A stretch of DNA of 32,000 nt from Aquifex aeolicus VF5 (GTDB lineage Bacteria > Aquificota > Aquificia > Aquificales > Aquificaceae), in NCBI RefSeq assembly GCF_000008625.1, contig NC_000918.1, positions 450,001 through 482,000 of the forward strand, given 5' to 3'. Position 1 is the stretch's first letter; every line of letters begins with the position of its first letter. The position numbers were made by a program, and so were the translations under genes. The notes under the pieces were generated by a model. That model saw nothing but the letters and a program-made list of their open reading frames with translations. It ran no database searches and was not told where the DNA came from. Positions 7,115 to 15,626 of the stretch are shown piece after piece.

Positions 7115-9323
7115 AGGGGCCGTTCAGGGTGTCGGGTTTCGCCCCTTCGTTTACAGAATAGCCAAAGAGCTGGGACTAAAAGGTTTCGTTATAAACGACT
7201 CAAAAGGTGTTTACATAGAAGTAGAAGGAGAAGAGGAAAGGTTAAAGAAATTTCTTTTTAAACTAAACAGGGAAAAACCGCCCCTTGCGAGAATTTACTC
7301 TCAGGAAATCCAGTTTTTAGAGCCTGTAAATTACGAGGACTTCGTAATAAGAAAAAGCGAGGAGAAAGGTGAGAAGGAAGTCTTAGTTCTCCCGGACATA
7401 GCAACGTGTGAGGACTGCCTAAGAGAACTCTTTACCCCTGAAGACAGGAGGTATATGTACCCCTTCATAAACTGCACCAACTGCGGTCCGAGGTTCACTA
7501 TAATCGAAAGACTGCCCTATGACAGAAAAAACACCACCATGAAAGTCTTTGAAATGTGTCCCGAGTGCAAAAGGGAGTATGAGAACCCCCTCGACAGACG
7601 CTTTCATGCTCAGCCAAACGCCTGCCCGAAGTGCGGTCCATGGGTCAGCCTCTACAAAGACGGTAAACTAATTGCCGAAAAAAATGAGGCTTTAGAACTC
7701 TTAATTGAAGAAATAAAAATAGGAAAAATAGTAGCAGTTAAGGGAGTAGGAGGTTTTCACCTTATATGCAACGCAACGAACGAAGAGAGCGTAAGAACCC
7801 TCAGGAAGAGAAAGAGGAGAAGTGAAAAGCCCTTCGCGGTAATGTTTAAAAGTCTTGAACAAGTTGAAGCATATGCAAACCCTACCGAACTTGAAAAGGC
7901 ACTCTTGATTTCCCCGGAAAGACCTATAGTATTAATACAAAAGAAGAAGGAACTCGCTCCATCCGTATCGCCCGGATTAAAAAGAGTTGGTGCGTTTCTC
8001 CCCTATTCTCCCCTTCACCACCTTATACTGAACTCCTTAGATTTTCCCGTTGTGGCGACTTCTGCAAATATCTCAGAAGAGCCCATAATCAAAGACAACA
8101 AGGAAGCACTGGAAAAACTGGGAGAGCTCGCCGATCTTATCCTCGTTCACAACAGGGATATAAAAAGGAGGTGTGACGACTCGGTAGTTAAAGTCGTGAG
8201 TGGTGTTCCTACACCGATAAGACGATCAAGGGGCTACGCACCACTTCCCGTAGAAGTTCCTTTTGAACTTCCCAAAAGAGTTCTTGCGGTTGGAGGAATG
8301 CTAAAAAACACCTTTGCCCTCGGCTTTAAAAACCAAGTAATCCTGAGTCAGCACATCGGGGATATTGAGAACTTAAATACTTTAAAGGTTTTTGAAGAAA
8401 GTGTTTTTGACCTTATGGAACTCTACGAGTTTGAGCCCGATGTAGTAGTTTGCGATATGCACCCGAGGTACGAAACTACGAGGTGGGCTGAGGAGTTTTC
8501 CAGAAAAAGGGGAATACCCTTAATTAAGGTTCAGCACCACTACGCCCACATGCTCTCCTGCATGGCGGAAAACGGGATAAAAGAAAAGGTTCTCGGAATA
8601 GCTTGGGACGGAACGGGATACGGAGAGGACGGAACCCTCTGGGGAGGTGAGTTTTTAGTGGCAGATTACACTTCTTATGAAAGAGCATTTAACTTCAAAC
8701 CCGTAAAACTCATAGGCGGAGAGAAGGCGGTAAAGGAACCGAGGAGGGTAGCCCTCTCTTTACTCTTTGATATATTCGGGGAGGAAGCCCTCAACTTGGA
8801 CCTTCTCCCGGTAAAAAGCTTTAGCGAAAGGGAGCTAAAAAACCTGTACCTTGCCTGGAAAAAAGGCATAAACTCACCGCTTAGTTCTTCTGTCGGAAGA
8901 CTTTTTGATGCTTTGGCTTCCCTTCTTAATCTCAAACAAATCCTCTCTTACGAAGGGCAGGGAGCCATGATGGTGGAAGATTTATACGACCCTCTTGTAA
9001 AGGATAACTATCCCTATGAGATACGCGGAAAGGAAGTAGATTTAAGGAAGGCCTTCCTAGAAGTTTTAAAGGAAAAAGACAAGAGTCTCGCGGCAAGCAG
9101 GTTTATAAACACGCTCGCGAAGGTTTGCGAAGACATAGCCCTCATGGTTGGTATTGAACGTGTGTGCCTTTCTGGGGGTGTTATGCAAAACGATCCACTG
9201 GTTACAAAGATAAAGGAGCTTCTGGAAAAGGAAAAATTTAAGGTTTACACGCACCAAAAGGTTCCTCCGAACGACGGAGGTATAGCTCTGGGACAGGCTG
9301 TTTTTGGACTTTCTCTGGTATAA
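7083..9323 (+). CDS. hypF: Carbamoyltransferase HypF
   Basis: Acylphosphatase domain (GAVQGVGFRPFVY), two CxxC-x18-CxxC zinc fingers (CEDCL...CTNCGPRF and CPECK...CPKCGP), a YrdC-like domain and a Kae1-like domain. 746 aa. Overlaps hypB by 32 nt. Confidence 0.95.
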   Translation: MPFKRLKLHLKGAVQGVGFRPFVYRIAKELGLKGFVINDSKGVYIEVEGEEERLKKFLFKLNREKPPLARIYSQEIQFLEPVNYEDFVIRKSEEKGEKEVLVLPDIATCEDCLRELFTPEDRRYMYPFINCTNCGPRFTIIERLPYDRKNTTMKVFEMCPECKREYENPLDRRFHAQPNACPKCGPWVSLYKDGKLIAEKNEALELLIEEIKIGKIVAVKGVGGFHLICNATNEESVRTLRKRKRRSEKPFAVMFKSLEQVEAYANPTELEKALLISPERPIVLIQKKKELAPSVSPGLKRVGAFLPYSPLHHLILNSLDFPVVATSANISEEPIIKDNKEALEKLGELADLILVHNRDIKRRCDDSVVKVVSGVPTPIRRSRGYAPLPVEVPFELPKRVLAVGGMLKNTFALGFKNQVILSQHIGDIENLNTLKVFEESVFDLMELYEFEPDVVVCDMHPRYETTRWAEEFSRKRGIPLIKVQHHYAHMLSCMAENGIKEKVLGIAWDGTGYGEDGTLWGGEFLVADYTSYERAFNFKPVKLIGGEKAVKEPRRVALSLLFDIFGEEALNLDLLPVKSFSERELKNLYLAWKKGINSPLSSSVGRLFDALASLLNLKQILSYEGQGAMMVEDLYDPLVKDNYPYEIRGKEVDLRKAFLEVLKEKDKSLAASRFINTLAKVCEDIALMVGIERVCLSGGVMQNDPLVTKIKELLEKEKFKVYTHQKVPPNDGGIALGQAVFGLSLV

Positions 9324-9324
9324 T
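9316..9324 (+). promoter_or_regulatory. Consensus extended -10 element TGGTATAAT immediately upstream of atpC
   Basis: TGgTATAAT is read at 9316-9324. It spans the hypF stop codon (TAA 9321-9323) and ends 9 nt before the atpC ATG at 9334. Confidence 0.5.
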
Positions 9325-9333
9325 TTAGGGATT

Positions 9334-9732
9334 ATGATACAGGTTGAAATAGTTTCTCCGCAGGGAATGGTTTACTCGGGAGAAGTAGAGAGCGTAAACG
9401 TCCCCACGGTTGAAGGAGAGGTGGGAATCCTTGAAAACCACATGTACCTGATGACCCTCTTGAAACCTGGACTTGTTTACTTCAACGGTGACGACAAAAA
9501 CGGAATAGCTGTAACCTACGGCGTTCTGGACGTCACCCCCCAAAAGGTTCTCATTCTTGCGGAAGAAGCTTACGAAGTCGGAAAACTTCCTCCAGCAAGC
9601 AAGCTAAAAGAAGAGTTTGAAGAAGCCGTGAAGAAAATGGCAACCGCCCAAACTATGGAAGAGTTAAAAGAGTGGGAGAAGGAAGCAGAAAAGGCAAGAA
9701 CTCTCTTAGAACTCGTTGAAAAGTACAGATAA
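9334..9732 (+). CDS. atpC: F1 ATP synthase epsilon subunit
   Basis: MIQVEIVSPQG...VPTVEGEVGILENH beta-sandwich motif plus a C-terminal helical hairpin. I prefer ATG 9334 to the TTG at 9304, which lies inside hypF. Confidence 0.9.
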   Translation: MIQVEIVSPQGMVYSGEVESVNVPTVEGEVGILENHMYLMTLLKPGLVYFNGDDKNGIAVTYGVLDVTPQKVLILAEEAYEVGKLPPASKLKEEFEEAVKKMATAQTMEELKEWEKEAEKARTLLELVEKYR

Positions 9733-10435
9733 CTCAAAACCCGTCCCCTTCTTTCGGGGAAAATTAAAATTTTTTCAACCGAAAGAGCACAAAATCTCCG
9801 TTGACCTCGTACTTTTCCTCTCAAAAATCAAACCTCCTAAGAGGAATTACAGAATAATAGACCTCGGCGCTGGTTTTGGCTTCCTTTCTATAACCCTTGC
9901 AAAAAAGTACGGAGTTAAAGTAGTAGCCTTTGAATACGACGAAAGAATGGTAAAACTATTGAGGAAAAACGTAAAGTTAAACGGCGTTGAACACCTTGTT
10001 GAAGTGGTGGAGGGGGACATAAAAGAGATAGAAAAGCATCTCTCTAGAGGTTCTTTTAACTTGGTAGTTTCAAACCCTCCTTTTTACCCGATAAATTATT
10101 CACCAAATCCAGAACCCTACCACTTTGAGGTTTACGCAACCCTGAAAGATTTTGTAAGGGCTTCCTCTTACCTTTTGAAGGACGGCGGAGAGCTTTACCT
10201 TCTCTCTCCTTGCTTTCGCCTCTACGAGCTCACAGAATACCTTTCAAACTTCAATTTACCTTTAAGGAAACTCTCTTTAATTTACCCTACTCCCCTAAAG
10301 AGGGCGAGACTTGCGATTACCGTATCCGTTAAAAACGTAAAAGGACAGCTCGAGTGCGATAAACCCCTGATAATAAATAAAGAAAACGGAGAGTATACAG
10401 AAGAGGTAAAACAGCTCCTTGAAAACTTCCTTTAA
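9716..10435 (+). CDS. SAM-dependent N6-adenine-type methyltransferase (TrmN6/YfiC-like, NPPF motif)
   Basis: Motif I IIDLGAGFGFLS and motif IV VVSNPPFY. The only in-frame start upstream of the conserved N-terminal region is TTG 9716, which overlaps atpC by 17 nt. Confidence 0.7.
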   Translation: MKSTDNSKPVPFFRGKLKFFQPKEHKISVDLVLFLSKIKPPKRNYRIIDLGAGFGFLSITLAKKYGVKVVAFEYDERMVKLLRKNVKLNGVEHLVEVVEGDIKEIEKHLSRGSFNLVVSNPPFYPINYSPNPEPYHFEVYATLKDFVRASSYLLKDGGELYLLSPCFRLYELTEYLSNFNLPLRKLSLIYPTPLKRARLAITVSVKNVKGQLECDKPLIINKENGEYTEEVKQLLENFL

Positions 10436-11010
10436 AACCTGTGCTCTCTTCCCGTAAGGAGTCTGTTTATGTTTTCCCTGTGCCTGTAAATTATCAACGC
10501 ACCTATAACGATAGCCATAAAAAGAACGTTGACGGGGTATCCCGCAACGAAGAGGAATAGAAAAGCGGATATTGTTGCGGTAATGGATGCGAGGGAGACG
10601 TACCTCTTCCATAGGAAAATTCCTAGCCAGACGAGGAAGGAAAAGAGAGCGACAGAGGGAGAAACCGCAAACACTACTCCGAGCGCGGTTGCAACGCCTT
10701 TTCCCCCTTTAAAACCGAAGAAAACGGGATACATGTGTCCGAGAACGCTCGCAAGTCCTGTGAAGGTTAAAACCCAAGAGTCAATGCCAAAGGATTTCAC
10801 CGCTATTAAAGCAGGGATAAAACCTTTCAGGAAATCCAGGAAGAACACGAGGACGCCGTACTTCTTACCCAGAGCCCTTGTTACGTTCGTAGCACCTACG
10901 TTTCCGCTTCCAACGTTTCTCAGGTCCACTCCTTTTAACTTGGCTATAACTTCACCGAAAGTAATAGAACCGAGAAGGTATGCAAAGATTACCAGGAAGA
11001 GTGCCTTCAT
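10432..11010 (-). CDS. plsY: Glycerol-3-phosphate acyltransferase PlsY
   Basis: AYLLGSITFG, GSGNVGATN and KGGKGVAT motifs in a polytopic membrane protein. I prefer ATG at 11010 (MKALFLVIF...) over the GTG at 11040, which overlaps the upstream gene. Confidence 0.9.
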   Translation of the reverse strand: MKALFLVIFAYLLGSITFGEVIAKLKGVDLRNVGSGNVGATNVTRALGKKYGVLVFFLDFLKGFIPALIAVKSFGIDSWVLTFTGLASVLGHMYPVFFGFKGGKGVATALGVVFAVSPSVALFSFLVWLGIFLWKRYVSLASITATISAFLFLFVAGYPVNVLFMAIVIGALIIYRHRENINRLLTGREHRF

Positions 11011-11020
11011 ATAAAAGAGT

Positions 11021-11599
11021 TTAATCGCAATTTTCCACACACACCTTCTTTATACGAACCTTTCCTCTGCAGGATTCAAAGCATGCGTCGTATAGCTTTT
11101 CACAACCGCACTCGCAGGAACAGGCTTCCCTTTCCCTTTTTAAAAGAATTTCATAACTTGGCATCGTGGGTTTTTGAGGAGGTAGTGGTTTTCTCCTTTC
11201 GTAAAAGCGTATCCTTTTCTTTAACCATTCTTTCTTATCGCACGCTTCTTTGTCCTTATAAGCACTGCATATCCTCTCGTAAAACTTTAGATCTTCCTTG
11301 ATACGGTATAGGGTTTCCCTGTAAGTTCTCAGTTCCTTCAAGTAGTTTTCGTAAGCCTTTTCGTACTCCCTTGATTTTCTTTCATAGTCTTTTAAAAGTG
11401 ATAGATAAACTTTTCTGGCACGCTCAACGCTTTCTTTTAAACATGCGTTGTAACTTTCAAAACACGCTTTCTTACATTCTAAAAACTTTTCTTTACAATC
11501 CTGAACGCAAAGAGTATTCTGAGGTAGGACGTACTCTTTAACGATTTTGTACTTTGGACTGCAGGAAAGGAGTAGTAAGGCTAAGAGTACTATTAACAT
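11021..11599 (-). CDS. Hypothetical cysteine-rich coiled-coil lipoprotein
   Basis: Lipoprotein-like signal MLIVLLALLLLSC, with the lipobox Cys at residue 13. 16 Cys in 192 aa, arranged in CX3C and CxCxCxC clusters at both ends of a K/E/R/Y-rich helical middle. I recognise no family match. Confidence 0.7.
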   Translation of the reverse strand: MLIVLLALLLLSCSPKYKIVKEYVLPQNTLCVQDCKEKFLECKKACFESYNACLKESVERARKVYLSLLKDYERKSREYEKAYENYLKELRTYRETLYRIKEDLKFYERICSAYKDKEACDKKEWLKKRIRFYERRKPLPPQKPTMPSYEILLKREREACSCECGCEKLYDACFESCRGKVRIKKVCVENCD

Positions 11600-11623
11600 A
11601 AGTTAGATTATAGGTATTTTCTG

Positions 11624-11632
11624 TGCTACAAT
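11624..11632 (+). promoter_or_regulatory. Candidate extended -10 (TGcTACAAT) for atpA
   Basis: TGCTACAAT at 11624-11632 lies 30 nt upstream of the atpA ATG, with SD AGGAGGT at 11651-11657 in between. Confidence 0.4.
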
Positions 11633-11662
11633 AAACCTTTAAAGAAGGTTAGGAGGTAGAGT

Positions 11663-13174
11663 ATGGCTACACTGACTTATGAGGAAGCCCTTGAGATACT
11701 AAGACAACAGATAAAGGATTTCGAACCTGAAGCCAAAATGGAAGAAGTAGGTGTAGTTTACTACGTCGGTGATGGTGTAGCAAGGGCTTACGGTCTTGAA
11801 AACGTAATGGCGATGGAAATAGTAGAGTTTCAGGGAGGGCAACAGGGAATAGCCTTCAACCTCGAAGAGGACAACGTTGGTATCATAATCCTCGGTTCTG
11901 AAACGGGAATAGAAGAAGGGCACATAGTAAAGAGAACGGGCAGGATATTGGACGCTCCCGTTGGAGAAGGACTCGTTGGAAGGGTTATCGACCCCCTCGG
12001 AAACCCCCTCGATGGTAAAGGACCCATTCAGTTTGAATACCGTTCCCCAGTTGAAAAGATCGCACCCGGTGTTGTAAAGAGAAAACCCGTTCACGAACCC
12101 CTTCAAACAGGTATTAAAGCTATAGACGCTATGATTCCAATAGGAAGGGGACAGAGAGAGCTTATCATCGGTGACAGGGCTACGGGTAAGACCACTGTTG
12201 CGATAGACACCATACTCGCTCAAAAGAACAGTGATGTTTACTGTATTTACGTAGCCGTAGGACAGAAAAGAGCGGCGATAGCGAGACTCATTGAGCTCCT
12301 TGAAAGAGAAGGAGCTATGGAATACACCACAGTTGTTGTAGCTTCAGCATCAGATCCCGCATCACTCCAGTACCTCGCACCCTTTGTTGGATGTACGATA
12401 GGGGAGTACTTCAGAGACAACGGAAAGCACGCACTCATCATATACGACGACCTGTCCAAGCACGCGGAAGCTTACAGACAGCTCTCACTCCTCATGAGAA
12501 GACCTCCCGGTAGAGAAGCTTACCCCGGTGACGTGTTCTACCTCCACTCAAGACTCCTTGAAAGAGCTGCAAAACTTAACGACGACCTCGGGGCAGGTTC
12601 TCTCACGGCATTGCCCATAATTGAAACGAAAGCGGGTGACGTCGCGGCTTACATTCCCACGAACGTTATCTCCATTACAGACGGACAGATATACCTCGAA
12701 GCGGACCTCTTCAACAAAGGTATAAGACCTGCTATTAACGTAGGTCTTTCGGTTTCCAGAGTCGGTGGTGCGGCACAGATAAAGGCTATGAAACAGGTTG
12801 CGGGAACCCTCAGACTCGAACTTGCTCAGTTCAGAGAACTTGAAGCTTTCGTTCAGTTCGCTTCGGAACTTGATAAGGCAACCCAGCAACAAATCAACAG
12901 AGGTCTGAGACTCGTAGAACTCCTGAAGCAAGAACCCTACAACCCGATACCCGTTGAAAAACAAATCGTTCTCATATACGCCGGAACGCACGGATACCTC
13001 GACGACATTCCCGTAGAGTCTGTAAGAAAGTTTGAAAAGGAACTCTACGCTTACCTAGACAACGAAAGACCGGACATACTCAAGGAGATAAGTGAAAAGA
13101 AGAAACTCGACGAAGAACTAGAGAAGAAGATAAAAGAGGCGCTCGACGCCTTCAAGCAAAAGTTCGTTCCCTAA
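11663..13174 (+). CDS. atpA: F1 ATP synthase alpha subunit
   Basis: Walker A GDRATGKT and typical alpha-subunit blocks ([42 protein letters not shown]). 503 aa. Confidence 0.97.
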   Translation: MATLTYEEALEILRQQIKDFEPEAKMEEVGVVYYVGDGVARAYGLENVMAMEIVEFQGGQQGIAFNLEEDNVGIIILGSETGIEEGHIVKRTGRILDAPVGEGLVGRVIDPLGNPLDGKGPIQFEYRSPVEKIAPGVVKRKPVHEPLQTGIKAIDAMIPIGRGQRELIIGDRATGKTTVAIDTILAQKNSDVYCIYVAVGQKRAAIARLIELLEREGAMEYTTVVVASASDPASLQYLAPFVGCTIGEYFRDNGKHALIIYDDLSKHAEAYRQLSLLMRRPPGREAYPGDVFYLHSRLLERAAKLNDDLGAGSLTALPIIETKAGDVAAYIPTNVISITDGQIYLEADLFNKGIRPAINVGLSVSRVGGAAQIKAMKQVAGTLRLELAQFRELEAFVQFASELDKATQQQINRGLRLVELLKQEPYNPIPVEKQIVLIYAGTHGYLDDIPVESVRKFEKELYAYLDNERPDILKEISEKKKLDEELEKKIKEALDAFKQKFVP

Positions 13175-13189
13175 CTCTCCCTCCTTCTT

Positions 13190-14380
13190 TTAACTCATAA
13201 ATATAAGTATTTCGTCCTTTTCCACCTTTGCCCTTTCGGGCTCTAAATTCCTTAACTTCCTAGGAAGCATAACGTGAGCTTTGAAGTTTCCCACTCTTAC
13301 GACTATTTCGTCCTCTCCTTTTACGAGTGAGATACTCTCCTTCTTTACTCCGGGGGCTTTTATTCTTATTACGTACTTTCCATCCAGTTGTTCTATCTTG
13401 TAGGGAATTTCCTTGTGGAATATCTTGTCGGGTGGTTCGTCTCCGTAAATGAGCTGTGCCAGTTTTTCAAGCCTCTCAAGACCTACGACCTCTTCTTCAA
13501 GGAGCGGAACTTTAAACACGGGAACTGGTGAGAAGTAGCTCTCTATCTCCTTTACATACTTTTTCTGAATGTTTAGCCACTTTTCAAGGAAAGAGCAGTT
13601 TTCCTGCTGGATTACCTCTTCGGGTATCACTTTGTTCACTATTACCGCATCCACGTTTACGCCGAAGAGAAGGAAGTAGAGAAACGCCCTCTGGCTTTCC
13701 TTTAAAACCATCTTTTCGGGATTTGAAACTATCCTTATTGAAGTTATATCCGGATTTATTAATATTTCGTCCACACCTTTGAGTCTCTCGTAGAAGGTTT
13801 CGAGAGCCTTAAAGTACTCCTCGTCTGGGAGCGGGACGTCTGTCATCCTTCCAACCGTAGGTCTTGCGACCTTCATTATGAGTCTTTCCGTTTTGAATAT
13901 CTTCTTCATGTACCATTTCATAACCGTGGGCATGGAGACGAACCTTATGCTCTCGCCTGTAGGAGGTAGGTCTAAGATAAGGACGTCGTGATTGCCCTCC
14001 CTGTAGTACTTGTTTACGTAAAGAAGACTCGTTATTTCCTCCATTCCGGGGAGTATAGCGAGTTCGTCCGCGAGTATCTCATGAAGTCCCGTAGTGTGAA
14101 AGAGGAGTTCTATGAACCTGTAAACTTCTCCCCAGTATCTTTCTATCTCCTCCTGAATGTCTATTTCTTGAATTTCCAGATTTTCATTTATCTTTATGGG
14201 AAGCCCTTTCGCTTTTCTCCTCTCTTCCTCCGGAACATCAAAGGAGTCCGCCAGAGAGTGAGCCGGATCAAGAGAAACTACTATAACCTTCTTCCCGAGC
14301 TGAGAAAGTTTATACCCGGTCGCTGCGGAAATTGTGGTCTTCCCTACTCCTCCTTTTCCAGAAAAGAGTATTATCCTCAT
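13190..14380 (-). CDS. ArsA/Get3-family P-loop ATPase with C-terminal HSP20-like (alpha-crystallin-type) domain
   Basis: Deviant Walker A GKGGVGKTT, DPAHSL, and DLPPTGESIRF in place of the ArsA DTAPTGH signature. The C-terminal ~75 aa (YVIRIKAPGVKKESISL...FKAHVMLP) looks like a small HSP/ArsA_HSP20 beta-sandwich. It has a single ATPase domain, not the duplicated ArsA architecture. Confidence 0.8.
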   Translation of the reverse strand: MRIILFSGKGGVGKTTISAATGYKLSQLGKKVIVVSLDPAHSLADSFDVPEEERRKAKGLPIKINENLEIQEIDIQEEIERYWGEVYRFIELLFHTTGLHEILADELAILPGMEEITSLLYVNKYYREGNHDVLILDLPPTGESIRFVSMPTVMKWYMKKIFKTERLIMKVARPTVGRMTDVPLPDEEYFKALETFYERLKGVDEILINPDITSIRIVSNPEKMVLKESQRAFLYFLLFGVNVDAVIVNKVIPEEVIQQENCSFLEKWLNIQKKYVKEIESYFSPVPVFKVPLLEEEVVGLERLEKLAQLIYGDEPPDKIFHKEIPYKIEQLDGKYVIRIKAPGVKKESISLVKGEDEIVVRVGNFKAHVMLPRKLRNLEPERAKVEKDEILIFMS

Positions 14381-14434
14381 GTATGAAATTTTAACTTTTA
14401 ATTAATACATTACACTTAGACTAAGGAGGCTGGA

Positions 14435-15184
14435 ATGAAAATAGCCCACATCTCCGACCTTCACGTTAAGTGCGAGTGGTACGAAGACAGACTGGGAAAC
14501 AATCTCGTAAAGTACTTAAACGCCCAGAAGCCGGATCTTCTGATAATAACGGGAGACCTTACGGATTACGGCTACTACGCGGAGTACAAGAGGGCTTACT
14601 CCTTTTTAGAACTCATAGAAGTGGAAAAGAGAGTTGTAGTTCCCGGAAACCACGACGCGAGGAACGAAGGGTACGAACTTTTTGAGGAGTTTTTCGGAAC
14701 GAGGATGCCTTATTACGAAGACGAATACATGGTAATAATTGGTATGGACTCGAGCCTACCCGATAGGGAGGAGGGACACATAGGGAGGAAGGGTTACAAA
14801 TTCCTGAGGGAAACTCTGAAAGATAAAGGGGATAAACTAAAGATAGTTGCCCTTCACCATCACGTTGTTCCTATACCGGCAACGGGTAGCGATCTGGCTA
14901 TACTTACGGACGCGGGAAATCTTATGAAGGTTGTGGATGAACTGGGTGTTGAACTTGTCCTTACGGGGCACAAGCACAAGGCGTGGGTGTGGAAATTAAA
15001 CGAAACTTACTACGTTACCGCAGGCACCGCAACAACAAGGAGACTCAAGGCGAAAGACTACCCATCCTTCTACATGTTGTACTTGGAGGATGAAAAGAAT
15101 ATAAGGATGGAAAAGGTAAATACGGAAACCTTGAAAGTTGAAGAGGTTTATACGCTGAATTTTGAGGAAGGTAAAGAGAGATGA
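14435..15184 (+). CDS. Calcineurin-like metallophosphoesterase
   Basis: Ordered motifs ISDLH, TGDLTD, PGNHD, ALHHH and GHKH. SD AAGGAGG at 14423-14429. Confidence 0.85.
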   Translation: MKIAHISDLHVKCEWYEDRLGNNLVKYLNAQKPDLLIITGDLTDYGYYAEYKRAYSFLELIEVEKRVVVPGNHDARNEGYELFEEFFGTRMPYYEDEYMVIIGMDSSLPDREEGHIGRKGYKFLRETLKDKGDKLKIVALHHHVVPIPATGSDLAILTDAGNLMKVVDELGVELVLTGHKHKAWVWKLNETYYVTAGTATTRRLKAKDYPSFYMLYLEDEKNIRMEKVNTETLKVEEVYTLNFEEGKER

Positions 15185-15615
15185 AGATAGCTTTTATATG
15201 CACGGGAAATTCCGCAAGGAGTCAAATGGCGGAAGGGTTTGCAAAGTACTACGCGAAGAAATACGGTCTTGATCTTGAGGTTTACTCAGCAGGTTCTAAT
15301 CCCGCAAAGAGGATTGCACCAGAAGCTATTAAGGTTATGAAGGAAAAAGGTATAGACATATCTGCCCAGTATCCCAAAAAACTCGAGGACATTCCCTTGA
15401 ACGAAATGGACCTAATAATCACACTTTGCGGAGGAGCAAAAGAGAGCTGTCCCACGGTTCCTGGAGCACGTCAGGAACACTGGGATTTACCGGACCCCGC
15501 GGCATACGAAGGGAGTGAAGAGGAAAGACTTGAATTCTTCAGGAAGGTAAGGGATGAGATAGAGAAAAGGGTTATAAAACTTATGGAGGAGTTAAAGGAA
15601 AAGGTGAAGGCTTAA
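15181..15615 (+). CDS. arsC: Arsenate reductase, thioredoxin-coupled LMW-PTP type (ArsC)
   Basis: P-loop CTGNSARS, a second Cys pair in LCGGAKESC, and HWDLPDP. Its ATG overlaps the upstream TGA (ATGA at 15181-15184). Confidence 0.8.
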   Translation: MKIAFICTGNSARSQMAEGFAKYYAKKYGLDLEVYSAGSNPAKRIAPEAIKVMKEKGIDISAQYPKKLEDIPLNEMDLIITLCGGAKESCPTVPGARQEHWDLPDPAAYEGSEEERLEFFRKVRDEIEKRVIKLMEELKEKVKA

Positions 15616-15626
15616 ATTTATTCCTT

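Noticed and set aside
10529-11014. Long ORFs antisense to well-supported genes. Examples: 873-1250, 1534-1932, 10529-11014, 11699-12223, 12548-12991, 15912-16388, 17466-17825, 24725-25117 and 27382-27777.
   Set aside because: Each lies entirely inside a motif-supported CDS on the opposite strand. Their translations are low-complexity (S/R/P/L/F-rich) with no recognisable motifs. Purine-rich coding strands commonly leave stop-poor frames on the complement. I treat them as shadow ORFs.
13190-15615. Reading ArsA-like plus ArsC as a canonical ars resistance operon.
   Set aside because: The genes are on opposite strands. There is no ArsB/Acr3 permease or ArsR. The ATPase is single-domain with one Cys and a divergent signature motif. 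It is reported instead as a non-canonical ArsA/Get3-like locus.
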